Assembly: GCA_965235115.1 (NCBI GenBank)
Contig: OZ249436.1
Coordinates: 27,964,001 to 28,028,000 of the forward strand
Direction of reading: 5' to 3'
DNA from: Laetmonice hystrix
Taxonomy: Eukaryota
Length of the DNA stretch: 64,000 bases
In this document: in pieces, positions 1 through 13,184 of the stretch
How positions within the stretch are numbered: the first letter of the stretch is position 1
Layout: every line of letters starts with the position of its first letter
Position numbers and translations under genes: made by a program
The notes under the pieces: model-generated
The model's input: only the letters and a program-made list of their open reading frames with translations
What the model was told of the DNA's origin: nothing
The model's database searches: none

Positions 1-561
1 TGCTGGCTGGCTGGTTGGTTGGTCAGGCCTCAGCCCTGTATACTCCTCTTGCCATAGTTTCCTCCCATCGCCGCTGAGCTGCCTTTCTGGTCGTCGGAAC
101 GATGCTGCCGCCTCCCCCATTTCGGACTCGCCACGCCGGCAGCGCCAGTGTTTGACGCTGGCCAAGTGTTGCCAGTTGCGCTCACTATCCAACAGCGACA
201 GACATCGCAGCCACAGCAGGCGGAACCGTCGGCCGCATATGCTAATGCTGAATTTCACTTAAGAGTTATGAGCGGGAGGGAAAAGTAGCCCTCATTTTTA
301 TCTAAACATCGCTGACTTCGAAAGTCGACGTCTCAATCCGTAAACACCGAATGTGAGATAACAAGAGAAAGTGGACGCCGGTCTTTGGAAAGTGCCAGGT
401 GTATGGAGTTAAGCGTTCGCTGACGTTGGATGTGTTCAAAGGATTTTACTTTTGAGTCGTGCAAAGGCTGCTGGTTGAGCCGCCTGCAGGTGCCGACGTA
501 CAGGTGTTCTACGCGGATTGCTTCTATTCACTGGCCGGACAAACGACACACCAGAGTAAGT
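1..561 (+). other. Candidate non-coding (5' UTR-like) exon ending at a canonical splice donor
   Basis: CpG-rich, repeat-free segment with no ORF of 60 aa or more, ending in CCAGA|GTAAGT (GT at 556). No transcript evidence. Confidence 0.3.
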
Positions 562-3366
562 TCGATATACATTATACGATATGATTTTGATAGTTCGGGG
601 TTCAGTTAGTGCAGAGTTTTAGGCCAAATCGCATCGGAGGATCATAAAGATTCGCCGGTGAGGCCAAAGCAAGCTGAAGAGCCACTCCGCTTCCGTTGCG
701 TTAACGGCTGTTTCCGTCATGTCTTCAAATTTGGGCACGCAAAGGACAACGACAGGTTGAAACATTTAAATCGCAATCACTGCCTTTCAATCGCACGCCC
801 ATTTTTATAGTTGAATTTAAGCCTGTTCTACCTGACCGTCTGACTAGAGACTGTACTTTTTGAAGGCTGATCAAGATCTTTTCACGTATAGGCGAGCCGA
901 AACGTGCATCACTCATCCATTTTGTCAGCTACAATTTGTCCCGATCCTTTACTCAGCGGGTGTCCATGACCACCCCTGCTGCGCGTATGGTTTCTGAGTA
1001 GCCACTAATGTTCGAGTGACAGCGCATGCCAAGCGTCGTAAATTGATATATATGTCCAGATGCGTTAAAGGACAGCCATTTCCATCAGTCTATATCCTGA
1101 ATAACATTTATTTATTACCCTACTTTCCTCCTATGGTATAATTATTTGTTTCTCGCCATAAAAAGGCGGGCGCCATATTGTACGAAGAAAGCTGCAGCGT
1201 ATCTCGGACATGTGGGTCGTTGTGAATGGTCGCGTGTATTTCTGCTCCCACACGCCAAAAGAACTGTAACTGTACCCTTTTATATGCTTTTGGTAAAAAT
1301 AAACAACGATAAATTTTCCACACATTTCCTGCGGAAGTCAGAATTAGTCATGGATTCCTAATTTGGCTCTTTGAAAACTAGTAGAATTTTGTAAGAATTA
1401 ACAGACAATTATAGAGGCTGTCCCGTCTGATGCTAATAATTAGCATAATTATTATATTTGTTCGAGGCAAATAAATATTTGATACACAGGTTGATAAAAC
1501 GATAGATTGAAGATAAATGGTCTCTTACCATCACAATCGACCGACCTTTATATAAACAGGTATTTCCGATTTGTTGGTACTGATAACCGTCAAACATGAC
1601 CATAATGCAAAATGGGATATCGGCTTTCTTCGTTTGGGATATTGGATACTTCAGAATCAACGCTTCGCACTGCATGATTCGTTCCTTCCATGTGACAATT
1701 TAGATAGAACCCCTATTATCGTTCTTCATGTATAACCGATGAGCATGAAACGAGACATGCCACGCGACAATCACCTAAATCCATGCTCACCTCATCAATA
1801 TTTTCGCACCTAATATCGTTAAATATCCTTGACTGATATAAACGATATTCTCCGATCGTAAAGGCGTACTGACCGCACTGCTCTGTGGCTGCTCCTATAA
1901 CCTGTAATGGGTCAGATAACTGTCAGGATGCCATGGCGTAGTTTGTTGGTCAGTGTTAAAAGGGCGTTGACAGACATGCACACATAGTACAGCTAAGGAC
2001 CCCGTATCCACTTCATGGTAGGCTGCAATTTTTATATTAAATAGATACTGGCGTAAATTATGCTACATTTAGGTACAGCAGCGAAATTTTAAAGAACAAT
2101 ATGTATTTTTTTTAATCGGACTTGACCCCTTTAAAAGAAAAGACTTGCGCCAGTTTTTACAGGCCAGACACACAGGCCGTGAGATTCTAAGTTAGAAAAG
2201 ATTTAAACACAATTGGTGCTCAAATAGTTAAGATATAAGCATTTTAGTGCCGGAGCCTGCTCAGCGGGTGGATACCGCCATAGCGTCTGCTAATTTTGGC
2301 GTCACAGGGCTTGACCAATCACAGCACGACTGCTGTCCAGTTTGGGAGGAACTAAAAACTGAGCGATTCGGAAGGTAGCGAACGTTGACAGCTTACATAG
2401 GCCTAAGCCATATTTGTTACAACATAGACAGAAACCATCGATAATGATGAGGAGTCGCTAGGAATTAAGCCTACCGACATAAGGGTGTAGGATATATTCG
2501 GGTGGACACGGATTTGGGCCGCCGTGGGATTCGGCCGCCTGAATTCAATTCGTAAATACGCTCGGAGGTGTGATGTTGACGGAACTCAGCCCGGCTGGCC
2601 CCAACCCTGACTACAAACGGGCACTGAGATCCGGGCAGTGTCAGACAAGGCTGGTTCCCGGACCTCTCGCTAGGGGTCGCTGGCGCTCATGGCGACCTTG
2701 TCGAGCAGAGCGAGCGTGTCAGAGCCGGGTAGTTTAGTTAGACTTTTTAAGGTTTAGGTTTTACCGTTAGAGTTATGTATAGTGATAGGGCCTAGTTATA
2801 TGACAAAGAAAATTCTTTGACTGAGGGATTTGGCCGACATCGATTTAACCCGATGGCGATGAGTCGTACTCGTAGTCTTACAGCAACTGCCAGTACTGGC
2901 CGGAACGCTTCAGTCACCGGTAAAAACGCGCGTGCTGGGACACCCGGGCGCGCTCGGACCATCGGCCGACCACCTGGAGCCCTGCCTGTCTGTGTGCTAG
3001 GCTTACTCGTCCAGCCTGTCGTGAGACAGACCACCCATCACCCACCCGCCCTGGCCGCCTCTTCCATAGCCCCTAAAACCCCGGCCTCGATTGATTCAGG
3101 ATTGGTCCGCTCTTGCTGGCAGACAGCAGCATGCGCATGCTCAAATGGATATAGACCGGAACTTTACTATCCCTGTGACGTCAATGGACTTCCGGACAGT
3201 GCCACAATGGCTGCGCTGCTGAAGCTAGTGATTTTGACACGGTTGGCATGTTCGACATATGTTCTTGGAATGGGAGGACATTTATTTCCATCCACTACTG
3301 TGAAAGGTGAGTATACATGGAGGCCTTGCAGCGGTCTTGCCTTTAACATAAAGCGATTGAAAACAA

Positions 3367-3594
3367 GTGACATCACTGGGGTCTGCAGCCATCACTAATG
3401 CTCTGTGACATCACTGGGGTCTGCAGCCATCACTAATGCTCTGTGACATCACTGGGGTCTGCAGCCATCACTAATGCTCTGTGACATCACTGGGGTCTGC
3501 AGCCATCACTAATGCTCTGTGACATCACTGGGGTCTGCAGCCATCACTAATGCTCTGTGACATCACTGGGGTCTACAACCATCATTAATGCCCT
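3367..3594. repeat. 38-bp minisatellite, about 6 copies
   Basis: Unit GTGACATCACTGGGGTCTGCAGCCATCACTAATGCTCT starts at 3367, 3405, 3443, 3481, 3519 and 3557; the last copy is diverged. Confidence 0.97.
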
Positions 3595-5276
3595 GGACCG
3601 ATCAGAGCGCAGGCGTATATTAAAGCTCCATCGTTTTTAAAACCTGTAAAATCAGCTTAGTATCACATGCAAAACTCAAATAAATTAAATTGAGACCAAC
3701 ATGTAATGTGAGAACGCTCAGCTGACTCCATTGCGATCTCACGCTCTATCTTCGAACAGCTTCGCCATTTTGGATAACCGGTCAACAGGGGAATTCCCTT
3801 ATGCGCGCGCAGATGATCTACTTCCGCTATCCTTTTCAGCTTTGTAGCTGATTCTGTTGGATGCATCGAGTTTCGTCGCTTAAAGGTCCATTTCTTCGGA
3901 GGCATATTTGCAGAGCAAGCGTATGTTCAAATATGGTGGAGAGATACGGGAAGTTAGCATGGGATTCCGTGGAACTTGGGACTATTATGGGATGTTGTTC
4001 GACGTCTTTTGTAGCGCCACTTTCGGAGAGAGGAGGCAAATTCAAACTCCTGCTATTATGATGTTATAGCTTCGGCCCGAATCCTAGTTAACGAAGATCA
4101 TCATACTGCCGTACTGCAGCCACAATGTGTCTTCACATGTCAATTGCTATCGGTGACCGGAAAAATAGTTTTATTTTTGAAGTTACGTGTGGTGTGCTTT
4201 TAAATCATGTGCCACAATCTGAATGGCAATTTTCATATAAAAAGTGGGTCAGAACTGGACATTTTGTTAGTGATACATGAAAGGAAATACAATGGGTGAA
4301 TTAAAGTAGTGTTGACGTGTGGGTAGGATCTAGTCCTGTCACCGGCCTACGTACCACATTGCATATCATATTTTCTTACGCCAATACAAAAGCAGCCGAC
4401 ATCGTATAGCCGTTGCGGCACCATACTGACAGGGCAGAATAGGCGCATACGCTTGTATGGAAAACATTTTTAACCTTTTGTTGAAGTGCAATGGAAAGTC
4501 GGCGAATATGGCTTCATATCAAGTGCTGCTCGCCCAATCGGAATATTGTTAGGGAACCCTGATAAAAGCCTGCAGCTCGCCACCACGCGATCTGAGCTGA
4601 GTCGGCTGGTGGTACGCGCACGCGTAGATTGGTTGTAGCGTGTGAAGTACCTCAAACCACGACACGTACCGTCGCGGCCATCGCCCGTCCTTTATACCCA
4701 GCCACTTAATAGAAAGACAAGAAATGAAACGCATTACTCAAGCTTGGGGATCCGTCTGAAGAAGTAGGCCCCACAGCGGTAGACCCATTCGGAAAACCTC
4801 GACTCAACTTCCGGTCGCTTCGCTAGATGTGGTCTCGGACCTCGCAAGCCGTAGAGATATGACGTAGATTCCACGGGTTTGGGCACATCACAACTCGCGC
4901 AGTGCGCAAAGTAGTTCATAGATCGTCGGCATTCGGCCTAACGCGGGATTGTTCATCGGTAAAGATGGATAATTTCCGAAGATTTGCAGTCTCCATCGTT
5001 CTCAGCAGCCGCGTTACATTCAGTTTTGCAATATTTATGAAATCATACGACTTTACCAGCTTGCTTCGACATAAGAAATGACGTCATATGCCCGAAAGAA
5101 TCCCGAGGGAATCCCGAGTGAGACAGCGCGTCCGTGGGACGGACGTTGACCTCTGTCTGACGATAAACAATGCCAATAGGAATGTCAACATCTAAAAAAA
5201 AGTATCTATAGAGACCTGAATAGATTTTCTTTGACGTCCAATCTACTTGTCAGAGGTAGGCCTATCAAGCGGAGAT

Positions 5277-5705
5277 CAGGGTCGGGGCCCATAAATTTTT
5301 GCCTAAAAATTGACGTAGCAGTGACGTAAGAAGTAGAATGCTACTTCTTATACCGATTTGACGTAGGTCCGCCTCCGTCCAAGTGGAGAGCCTCGGTAGG
5401 AACTTTTCTTTGGCGTGATGTGGGCCTTTATTTCAATGCTACATCAATTTTTATTAAAACTTTAATGGCACCACATAGAGTATGTTCCTCGTGCCACCAT
5501 GAAACTTCATATATGTTGATGTAACATTATAAACTACATTAATTCAAAGTTTCGTATATTAATTCTTATTTTAGGAAGTTACGCAGGCATGCTCCACCTG
5601 CGTAGAAATAAGCCCCTTACGTCAGTTACGTCGGTTACTTTTATTTGACATAAGTGATTATGGGCTATCTAAATTCTGACGTAACATTTATGGGACCCGA
5701 CCCTG
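5277..5705. mobile_element. MITE, about 430 bp (hAT- or Harbinger-type termini)
   Basis: 20-bp TIR with one mismatch: CAGGGTCGGGGCCCATAAAT ... ATTTATGGGACCCGACCCTG. Many internal GACGTA/TACGTC motifs. No 8-bp TSD visible. Confidence 0.8.
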
Positions 5706-6594
5706 CTTTTCAACAAGCCAGACACTGCTTGTCTTTCACCTTTGTCGGTGTGTCGGCCGTCGCCATTTTGACCACGTTGTGTCACGTGATAAAAGAAGAT
5801 CCAACATGGCGACGACCATGCGAGGGCCGAGAGGATCTGTCCCGAACAGTGCCGAGGTTGGCCGAATGTATAGAGACCCAGGATTTCCGAATGTCAGGGG
5901 GGTCCATTGTAAATATCACTATAAAAAGGAATCTGTGAGGGGGTGTATAGCTATCCTAGCCACCCCTGTTGGGACGATTTCCTACGCAACAGTAACAGTC
6001 AGACTGTCCATTTCTGAGAACGCTTTGAGAGGCGAAAAAAGGAAGAGCAAGACAACATCCCAATATTAATTATGGCTTTACAGTTTCTGCATTCTTTAAA
6101 CTGTGAAGGTTATAACGAGAAAAAGAGGCATCAGATCTTTTGTTGTAGCCTTACTTCTTGAGACCCTTTACTGGCGTCATCCGATCCCTCGTGCACATCG
6201 ACCTTGGGAGATGATTTCTGAAGGTCCATACATAAACCTTTTGCTGATTTCCCATAATGTGATCATGTCTGAAAAATATCGTCCGCAAATGTATGCACCA
6301 TCGGGGGAGATTCCCCAAGCAATTAGAGACGTCTTGTATTTCTTGCGTGAGACGTATAATTCTGAAACATTTGGTTGAAATGTATGGACGTACTGAACGC
6401 ACGTTACTAGTTTATAAGTGCATGTTAATGTTCGGATATTCTTTATCGTGCAACCTCAGATATAAAAACTTTGTATTTACATACCAAAGTGAAGTTTTAT
6501 GTAAGTCCATTGGTACGTCTCAAATATCAATGAGTATAGCGGAACATTAAAATTACAAAGTATAATTTTCATAGTGATCTACAGCGGCTCTTAA

Positions 6595-6895
6595 AGTGGC
6601 ACTCCAAATTCCCCAAATTTGACCCCCAGTGACACCATGTTATAAATTTAGGCTTGAGCGATAAGCGAAACATGGAACGGAAAAATATGTTTCCGCTGTC
6701 CTCCTGGCTTCCGCTCCGATTCCGCTGTCATATTTTGATCTATGATCTATAAAATAGATTACCGCTAGCTTCCATTCCGCGCTGGCTTCAGAAAATAGCG
6801 GTTAGACAGAACGGTAACATAACTCGCTTATCACTCGAACCTGGAATTTTAACATGGTGTCAATGGGATTTAAAGGTAAGTATTTGGGTGCCACT
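6595..6895. mobile_element. TTAA-flanked MITE (Kolobok-type), about 300 bp
   Basis: TTAA|AGTGGCAC...GTGCCACT|TTAA. Inverted similarity continues internally (GACACCATGTTA/TAACATGGTGTC; GATAAGCGA/TCGCTTATC). Confidence 0.88.
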
Positions 6896-7943
6896 TTAAC
6901 GCCCCCGCCCCCCTAAATTTAATCGTATTGGAAGGGGGTTCTTTTATTCAGGATGTATTCTATATAAGTCTATGGCGGCAAAATATATTTAGCCGCCCAT
7001 TATACTTTAGATTAAAGTATCCATGCATATATTCTGGCTGTAGCTAATAAAACCGCCATATCTCATACAGAACGCTGAATAGTCGTGGGAATGAGCGTAA
7101 TGCAGTTATTTGGTGGCCTCCACCTGGGACTGAAGCTTATGTTCGGAAACACTACCATCGTACACACATGTTATGGATGGTTTGCACGGAAGATACACAT
7201 GCCCTTCGGCACGAGCCACCTAACTCTTTACCACCTGTATTTGCCGATGGTTGTCAGCCAGACGAATCCCCTCCCCCTTTCCCCTGGCCGCTGCGTACGG
7301 TCACAGCATGGGCGATGTACCATTACGCCCAGAATGCCCCTTTTTATCGCCCAGTCCGTGTGGTTCTGCCCAGTTGTGCTCAGCATTCCCCGACACTGGT
7401 TCCTTCTCGGCTAATCAACACCGAAAATCATACGCCTGCACCTGGCATCCGGAAGTGGTATCAAGCGATCTGATATCTGGCAGCTTGCGTTAAGTAATTT
7501 AGTGAATTTGCTCCGATTTTCTCCTGTCAATAATGAGCCGGGATTGTTTTAGCATACAGTGCCAGTTTATGTATATTCAGTGTCAATATGTATTTGGTCC
7601 GCACATTTTAGTTGTAAGAAATGAAGCCGCCTATAAGTTTGTACACATAATGCTAGGTCTTACTCTACGAAGCAATGGGCTTCTAGCGAGATACGATGAA
7701 CTATACGCTCCCTTCCTAGCGTAGAAAACGAAAAGGCAAATACGTAAGTTATATTTTCATAATTTTTTTTTGTGGCTCGTGGAAGTGTTGTGAGTTGAGA
7801 CACTAAAGCAGTACTTTTTGTAAAATCAATTTGATGACGCCGGATCAGGAGCTTAAATTGACTGCCGGACCAAATGCTGACGTAATTGCAGATTTAAAAA
7901 GACCATCCTGTCTCATTGTCACACACACACATTCTCATCCCAT

Positions 7944-7950
7944 CTCTCTG

Positions 7951-8015
<65 letters not shown>

Positions 8016-8050
8016 CTATCTCTCTCTCGATCTATCTCTCTCTCCCTCTC
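7944..8050. repeat. (CT)n microsatellite
   Basis: Long CT run with degenerate flanks. Confidence 0.98.
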
Positions 8051-8345
8051 TCCCCTCTCCCCTCCCCCTGGGCAATTCCTTCAATGCCAGCAAAGAAATC
8101 AACTGTCAGGCCATACATTGGTGCTCTTAATAAAGTAATAAAGACAGCATCGCTGTTGAAAAACGAAAAAGACAAATTCTTTCTTTCGACGAATTCATTC
8201 TTCATGCCTTGACGAGTATCAAGTGAGGCGGTTTTGAAGCCGATAATTCCAGAAACACGCCTTGTTAATAAACGCACTTTTAGAAGGTTGTGTATAGTTG
8301 CATACATGCCAACCCTATTGTCAAAAGTTATTGGGAAAGGGCATT

Positions 8346-9215
8346 TGTAGCACCCTCAAATGTAAAAATTCTGCTAAATGTAAAAACGTCGTCATTTGTA
8401 ACAAATATTGACGACAAATTTTTCTGTGAAAACGTACGTTAAATTTGAAAAGAAATCTGTAAGCAAATTGCGTCAAAATGAAAATGTTACTGCATTATAT
8501 GAAAAACTTTTGCGTTAAATGTAAAAAAAACCCGACTCCAGTCGACGTTTTCTTTCCCCTCACTTTTCGTACAGTAGGCCCTGTATGACCCACTGTTGCA
8601 TATGGCCGCAAACGCAAAAGGCAGATTGCTGCCGTGGGGACACTCGGGTGTGACAACCTTCAGCCTGAATATACGCGCGCGGCCCGCCATTTTTGTATCT
8701 ATACCGATTCAGCATATCGTAGTGTCTAAGGTGTCCCACTCATAATCTGAAGGTTGTGGTTCGACACAAGACTTGGTTTGTTTTGTTTTTTCCCTCTCGC
8801 AAATTTTTGGAAACCAGGCTTAATTGAGGATATGAATAGTTACATTACAAGCCGGTGTATGCTCTTTGGGGGATTTAGGGTAAGATAAGGATATAGGGAT
8901 AGTGATAGTTATATTACAAAATTTTCATATTTTCCGGGCCGACTATAATCGACAGAGTATAGAATCTCCTAGATCTGTGGTGAGCAAAGTAAAAAGGCAA
9001 GCAGCTACCGAAAGAGGAAGTCGTTTTTTTTTACATTGGGCGTAAAAGTTTTTCACATATGCAGTAAAATATTTGTTTCACATCTGGCGCAATGTTTTTT
9101 AGATTTGAGGGAAGGTAGTTTTTACATATATGCGGTAGATTTTTTCACATTTGACGTACGTTTTGACATTTGTTAGGCCTACATAATATGAAGGCGTTTT
9201 TACATTTGGGAACTG
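8346..9215. mobile_element. Old non-autonomous DNA transposon with long degenerate TIRs built of AAATGTAAAAA sub-repeats
   Basis: The left arm 8346-8540 (TGTAGCACCCTCAAATGTAAAAA...AAAACGTACGTTAAAT...) is an imperfect reverse complement of 9015-9215 (...TTTGACGTACGTTTT...GTTTTTACATTTG). The right terminus is eroded. Confidence 0.7.
8710..8775 (+). pseudogene. tRNA-Met(CAT)-derived fragment
   Basis: CTCATAATCTGAAGGTTGTGGTTCGA closely resembles the anticodon-to-T-loop segment of animal elongator tRNA-Met (CTCATAATCTGAAGGTCGTGAGTTCGA, recalled). Acceptor and D stems are not intact. Confidence 0.55.
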
Positions 9216-9430
9216 TTATGTCAGCATAAACAGTGAAGGTATTGTGGAGGGACGAGTCAGCCAATAGGATGCGAGCGGTATCCATGGCTACTTTGACTCC
9301 CTACTACATAATAGTCGCGCTCGCGTTCGCCGAAATTTGGAGATGCTATACAGGTGTTTCTTAAACGGAGAGAAATCTACCAATGCATCTTGGTGTAATT
9401 GATACATAACGAATTCAATTCAATACGCCT

Positions 9431-11069
9431 GGGGCCTGTTGCATAAACAACAAAGATCAGATTTTTCATGAACAACGACAGTAGCCGTTGCATAAAAAAT
9501 CGTTCTTGTTCTACGACGTGTCGTAAGTTACGATAGCCCGAAATCCTCCAGAATCTGTTGCATAAACTTTTCGTTGTTCTGACGATGTCGTCCAAGGTGT
9601 CTTTATGCCCTTTTCACTGTCGTAAATTACGAACACCAAAAAGGTGTTCGTTAAATCCACCGAAAGTCTAAAATCTTTTTTGGGGGAGGGAAAACAGTCA
9701 TGGAACGTCATGGGAGAAGACGACGGTTCTTTTAGATTCCGTCACATACTTCGACTCGGAGCAGTTTATCCGTCGATATCGCTTGGTTAAGCAGTCGGTG
9801 GTTCGGCTCAGCCTGGCCTTTGCAGTCGCGCTTCTGCTCTACCGCAGGAGACCGACGCGGAGGGGGGCTCACCGCACAACAATGGGTATAAATATCATTT
9901 GTTTACATTTCAAAATGAGAAAATTAAGTAAAGACTTAAAATGAATCAAAGTAAAGACTCTACTGTTATAGAGGAATATAATTTAATGCCAGCATATGCC
10001 CGAAACCCTCCAGAACCTGTTGCATAAACTTTTCGTTGTTCTGACGATGTCGTTTAAGGTGTCTTTATTCCCTACCTGTTGTATAAACATAGGCCCATAT
10101 ATGCCTAAAATAGTAGGCCTAACCTATATTTTCCACTTCAACTTAGATATTTTTTAACACTACACTAGTTAGTATTGGATAAGTGTGGCCTATACATGGA
10201 CCTTTGGGTCCGGGGGGTGTCTAACCCCTCCCCCCTCCCTAGCCAGCCCCCGGTTACGGGCCTGAGTACTAGTTTTAGAAGAAAAGAATGAGGGGCGGGG
10301 TCAATTTTAAAGGTTACAGCCTGGTAAACATTCAGCGCCCTGCTGAACATGGGGATGTGGTAACAACGCGCGGCACTGGGTGGCACTTTGCACACTCCCA
10401 ATTTCCCTTAAACGCGCGTAGTCAGAGGTTGCCGTATAATAATGACATACGCAGGGGCCTGGAGTATACCCCCACCAGACTATACCCGGGTATAATCTGG
10501 GCTATCCTAGAGTATACCCGGGGTTATTCTGGGCTAGCCCCCTGGGTACAAACTAGGCTAGCCCAGATTAGGCCTATAACCCCCCCCCCGCAGCCCAGTT
10601 TATACGACACCCATATACAAATCCCACATACAATTTTAAAACAAGAAGTTGGTATGTAGTTATTCCGATTAAAACATTTAAAAACTGTATGAAATAAACT
10701 TGTGGATATTCTACCATGGGGGTATAATCTGGGCTGGGGGGGTATACTTTGGGCTAGCCTGGTTTATACCCGGGGGTCAGGTCAGGGGTCACTGAAACGG
10801 CAGTAGGGAGGACCCAGGGTGTGGCAGGGGTTGAATGAAGTGAACGATCTCTGTCAAGGAGAGTGCTGCCAGCCAGCACCTGGCCTAACATAGCGAATGC
10901 GCCTGGTAGGCAGGGGACCAGGCTACGACAGAAAACATCGTTCCAGCAAGAAATCAACGATGGACTTTATGCAACAGAATCTACGACATGTCGTTACCAT
11001 TGTCGTACGGTCAACGAACATCTACCCATTTTTCGTTATTGTACTGTCGTTGATTGTGCAACAGGCCCC
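9431..11069 (+). mobile_element. Non-autonomous PIF/Harbinger element, copy 1
   Basis: TIR GGGGCCTGTTGCA...TGCAACAGGCCCC with CTG/CAG junction triplets. Near-identical inverted copy at 37366-38939. Carries a transposase N-terminal remnant and an internal duplication of about 70 bp (about 9537-9606 and 9998-10068). Confidence 0.9.
9700..9885 (+). pseudogene. Harbinger (HARBI1-like) transposase N-terminal remnant, copy 1
   Basis: Encodes YFDSEQFIRRYRL..QSVV and, after a frameshift, GDRRGGGLTAQQ. Disrupted by a small deletion and stop near 9735. Confidence 0.6.
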
Positions 11070-11103
11070 AGTTCTACCAAAGACCTTGGTAGGTTCTCAT
11101 CCT

Positions 11104-11492
11104 TGACATGGCAAGGCGGGGGCCCGGAGGTCAGATCAAGTCTAGTTAAGGACAGACAAGGAAGTAAAGGACTCACGGAAATTGTACTTTAATCACACTA
11201 CGACACGACATGTAGACGTCGGTCCATGTGACTACCGCCTTTGATGGATGAAGGCGGACTCTGCGATAAGTCCGTCGTCTCTTTTTTTTAAAACCACCTC
11301 GGGCTGGGTATCTCTTGCCCACTTCCAGGAGATGAATGTATCATCCATTGTCACGTTGTTCATCCCATCTGTCTTGGAAAAGGATATCCGCCGGTTGTTC
11401 TGACAGTCACGCCGGCGATAAGAAAGAACACCGACTGTGGGACTTCTCCACGTCCCTGGCCGCCTCGACGACAGCGGGATTATGGTATGTCA
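11104..11492 (-). mobile_element. Possible solo LTR
   Basis: TGACAT...ATGTCA termini (TG..CA), about 390 bp, with a minus-strand ATTAAA about 85 bp from the 3' end. No TSD found. Confidence 0.25.
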
Positions 11493-11811
11493 CGTGACTA
11501 GTCATTGCCAAACTGTGTCAGTCAATGCAGATGCAATTACGGCATGTTATTCCTCGTATATCTTAATTTATAAGTGCATGTTTTAAATGCAATGCATCAC
11601 CCTGCTTACGCCAATAATGAAAAGAATATTATGTTATTGAGTTAGTGACTCACACTGCGGTTATGCCTAGTACTCATGCCTACTTGTGGGGGGGGGGGCA
11701 AGCAGGACATACATTTGGAGGTTACCTTTCTCATTCTTATGGTTAAATGTCTGTCACAAGGATGCTGTTACATACGGAATGTGGCCTTAAATTTATTGGC
11801 TGTATAGTTAA

Positions 11812-13184
11812 AGGCAGGGCTAAGATATATGCCTATCCATAAGCCTGTCCAGGAAAAAATAAAAAAAAACAACGAATATCTATAATTTGATGCCCTAATG
11901 TTAGTTGACACGAAGGTAGGCCTTGCGTTTGGTCTGCATCAGCCATGGTAGCAACTGAAATATAGTGCTCTTGCCAAGCCAGTGGCCAATACTGACATAA
12001 TAGCCGTCAACCCAAGAGATTATGTTGCATAAATGATTGCGTGTGTGATTGTTGTTGTCCGTGGAGGCCGCTATACTAATTTTGATAATTTGATAAATTA
12101 CCTTGTTACGCCAAATCAGGTAAATTAGGTGATTGATTTTTCCACTTTAAACGTTTTCCTTCATACAAGGAAATTTATATTTGCGCATATACGACGCCAA
12201 AGGAGTAACATGTTTCAATAATGCACTACTATCTGCCTCGATTGGATATGACGGTTCACTCGCTGCCTCGCAACACATGGCAATCTCGTGATGTATCATG
12301 ACGCCAATGGCACTCAAATCATCCGAGGGTATTTTCGAATAGCAGGAAGTGACGTCAAATGTCCGAGGGAATCCCGAATGCTAACATTTATGCCGTATCA
12401 TTGGCTCGCTGATCCATGACATCACCTCTCCGTATTAGGAACATTTCTGAATTTACTACGAAACCTGCCAGGGAAGCCCCCGCACGTTTTTCTTTGAGTA
12501 GGTTTTGTGGTCGATTCGTAGCAAATTTCGTGATTGAAAAGTATTTCTACCTGTCATATAATATGGGAGTCCGAAAATGGAGGCTCAAGGAATTACCAGT
12601 GTAGGCCTTTTTTCAAACAGCACACAAATATTCCATGCAGGTAGTGGGATTACTCTATTTTCAAATGTTTGAAAATTGTATTGTACAAAGTGAACGGAAA
12701 ACCCTGGAACATAAATTTTGGATCCGGTAGAAATTCTCACCGGATCCAAAATTTGTATGGTATCTGTAGACTGGTCCCCTGTCCCATCTGGCGCTTCGCT
12801 GGGTTGTAATGACCACCTTGACCTTACGGCCCACTTCGGGCGCCTGTAATAACGGGTTTTGAATAAAAGTTTCACGTAATGACATTAAAATTCAAGAAGT
12901 TACATAATGGCGAGCTTACATAGTGGCGAGATTTCGTCCGGAAGACTACTATAGACTACACTGTCACCTTCCCCGGCTGACAAAAAACCATGCCGTTCAT
13001 CCACTTTTAGTCATTTTCATCCAGCTATGATATTTTGATCTAGAAAAGTATACTGATGTTTAGAACATCGTCAGTCGCAGTGCAATGACTGCAGAACATT
13101 GGCAGCGAACGGGTGTAAGCTCCACTTAAGAGTATGTTTCTCGCCAATGAAGGACAGGCTTATGGATATATCTTAGCCCTGCCT
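11812..13184. mobile_element. Non-autonomous Kolobok-type DNA transposon, about 1.37 kb
   Basis: TTAA|AGGCAGGGCTAAGATATAT(gcctat)CCATAAGCCTGTCC ... GGACAGGCTTATGGATATATCTTAGCCCTGCCT|TTGA. Interior is homologous to 40530-40850. Confidence 0.88.

Noticed and set aside
2485..3170. Possible TIR element with a TTAGG-like core
   Set aside because: It looks repeat-derived, but no matching pair of termini or TSD could be identified.
2817..3398. 193-aa ORF
   Set aside because: Non-ATG start, no recognisable domain, and it runs through repeat-like DNA into a minisatellite.
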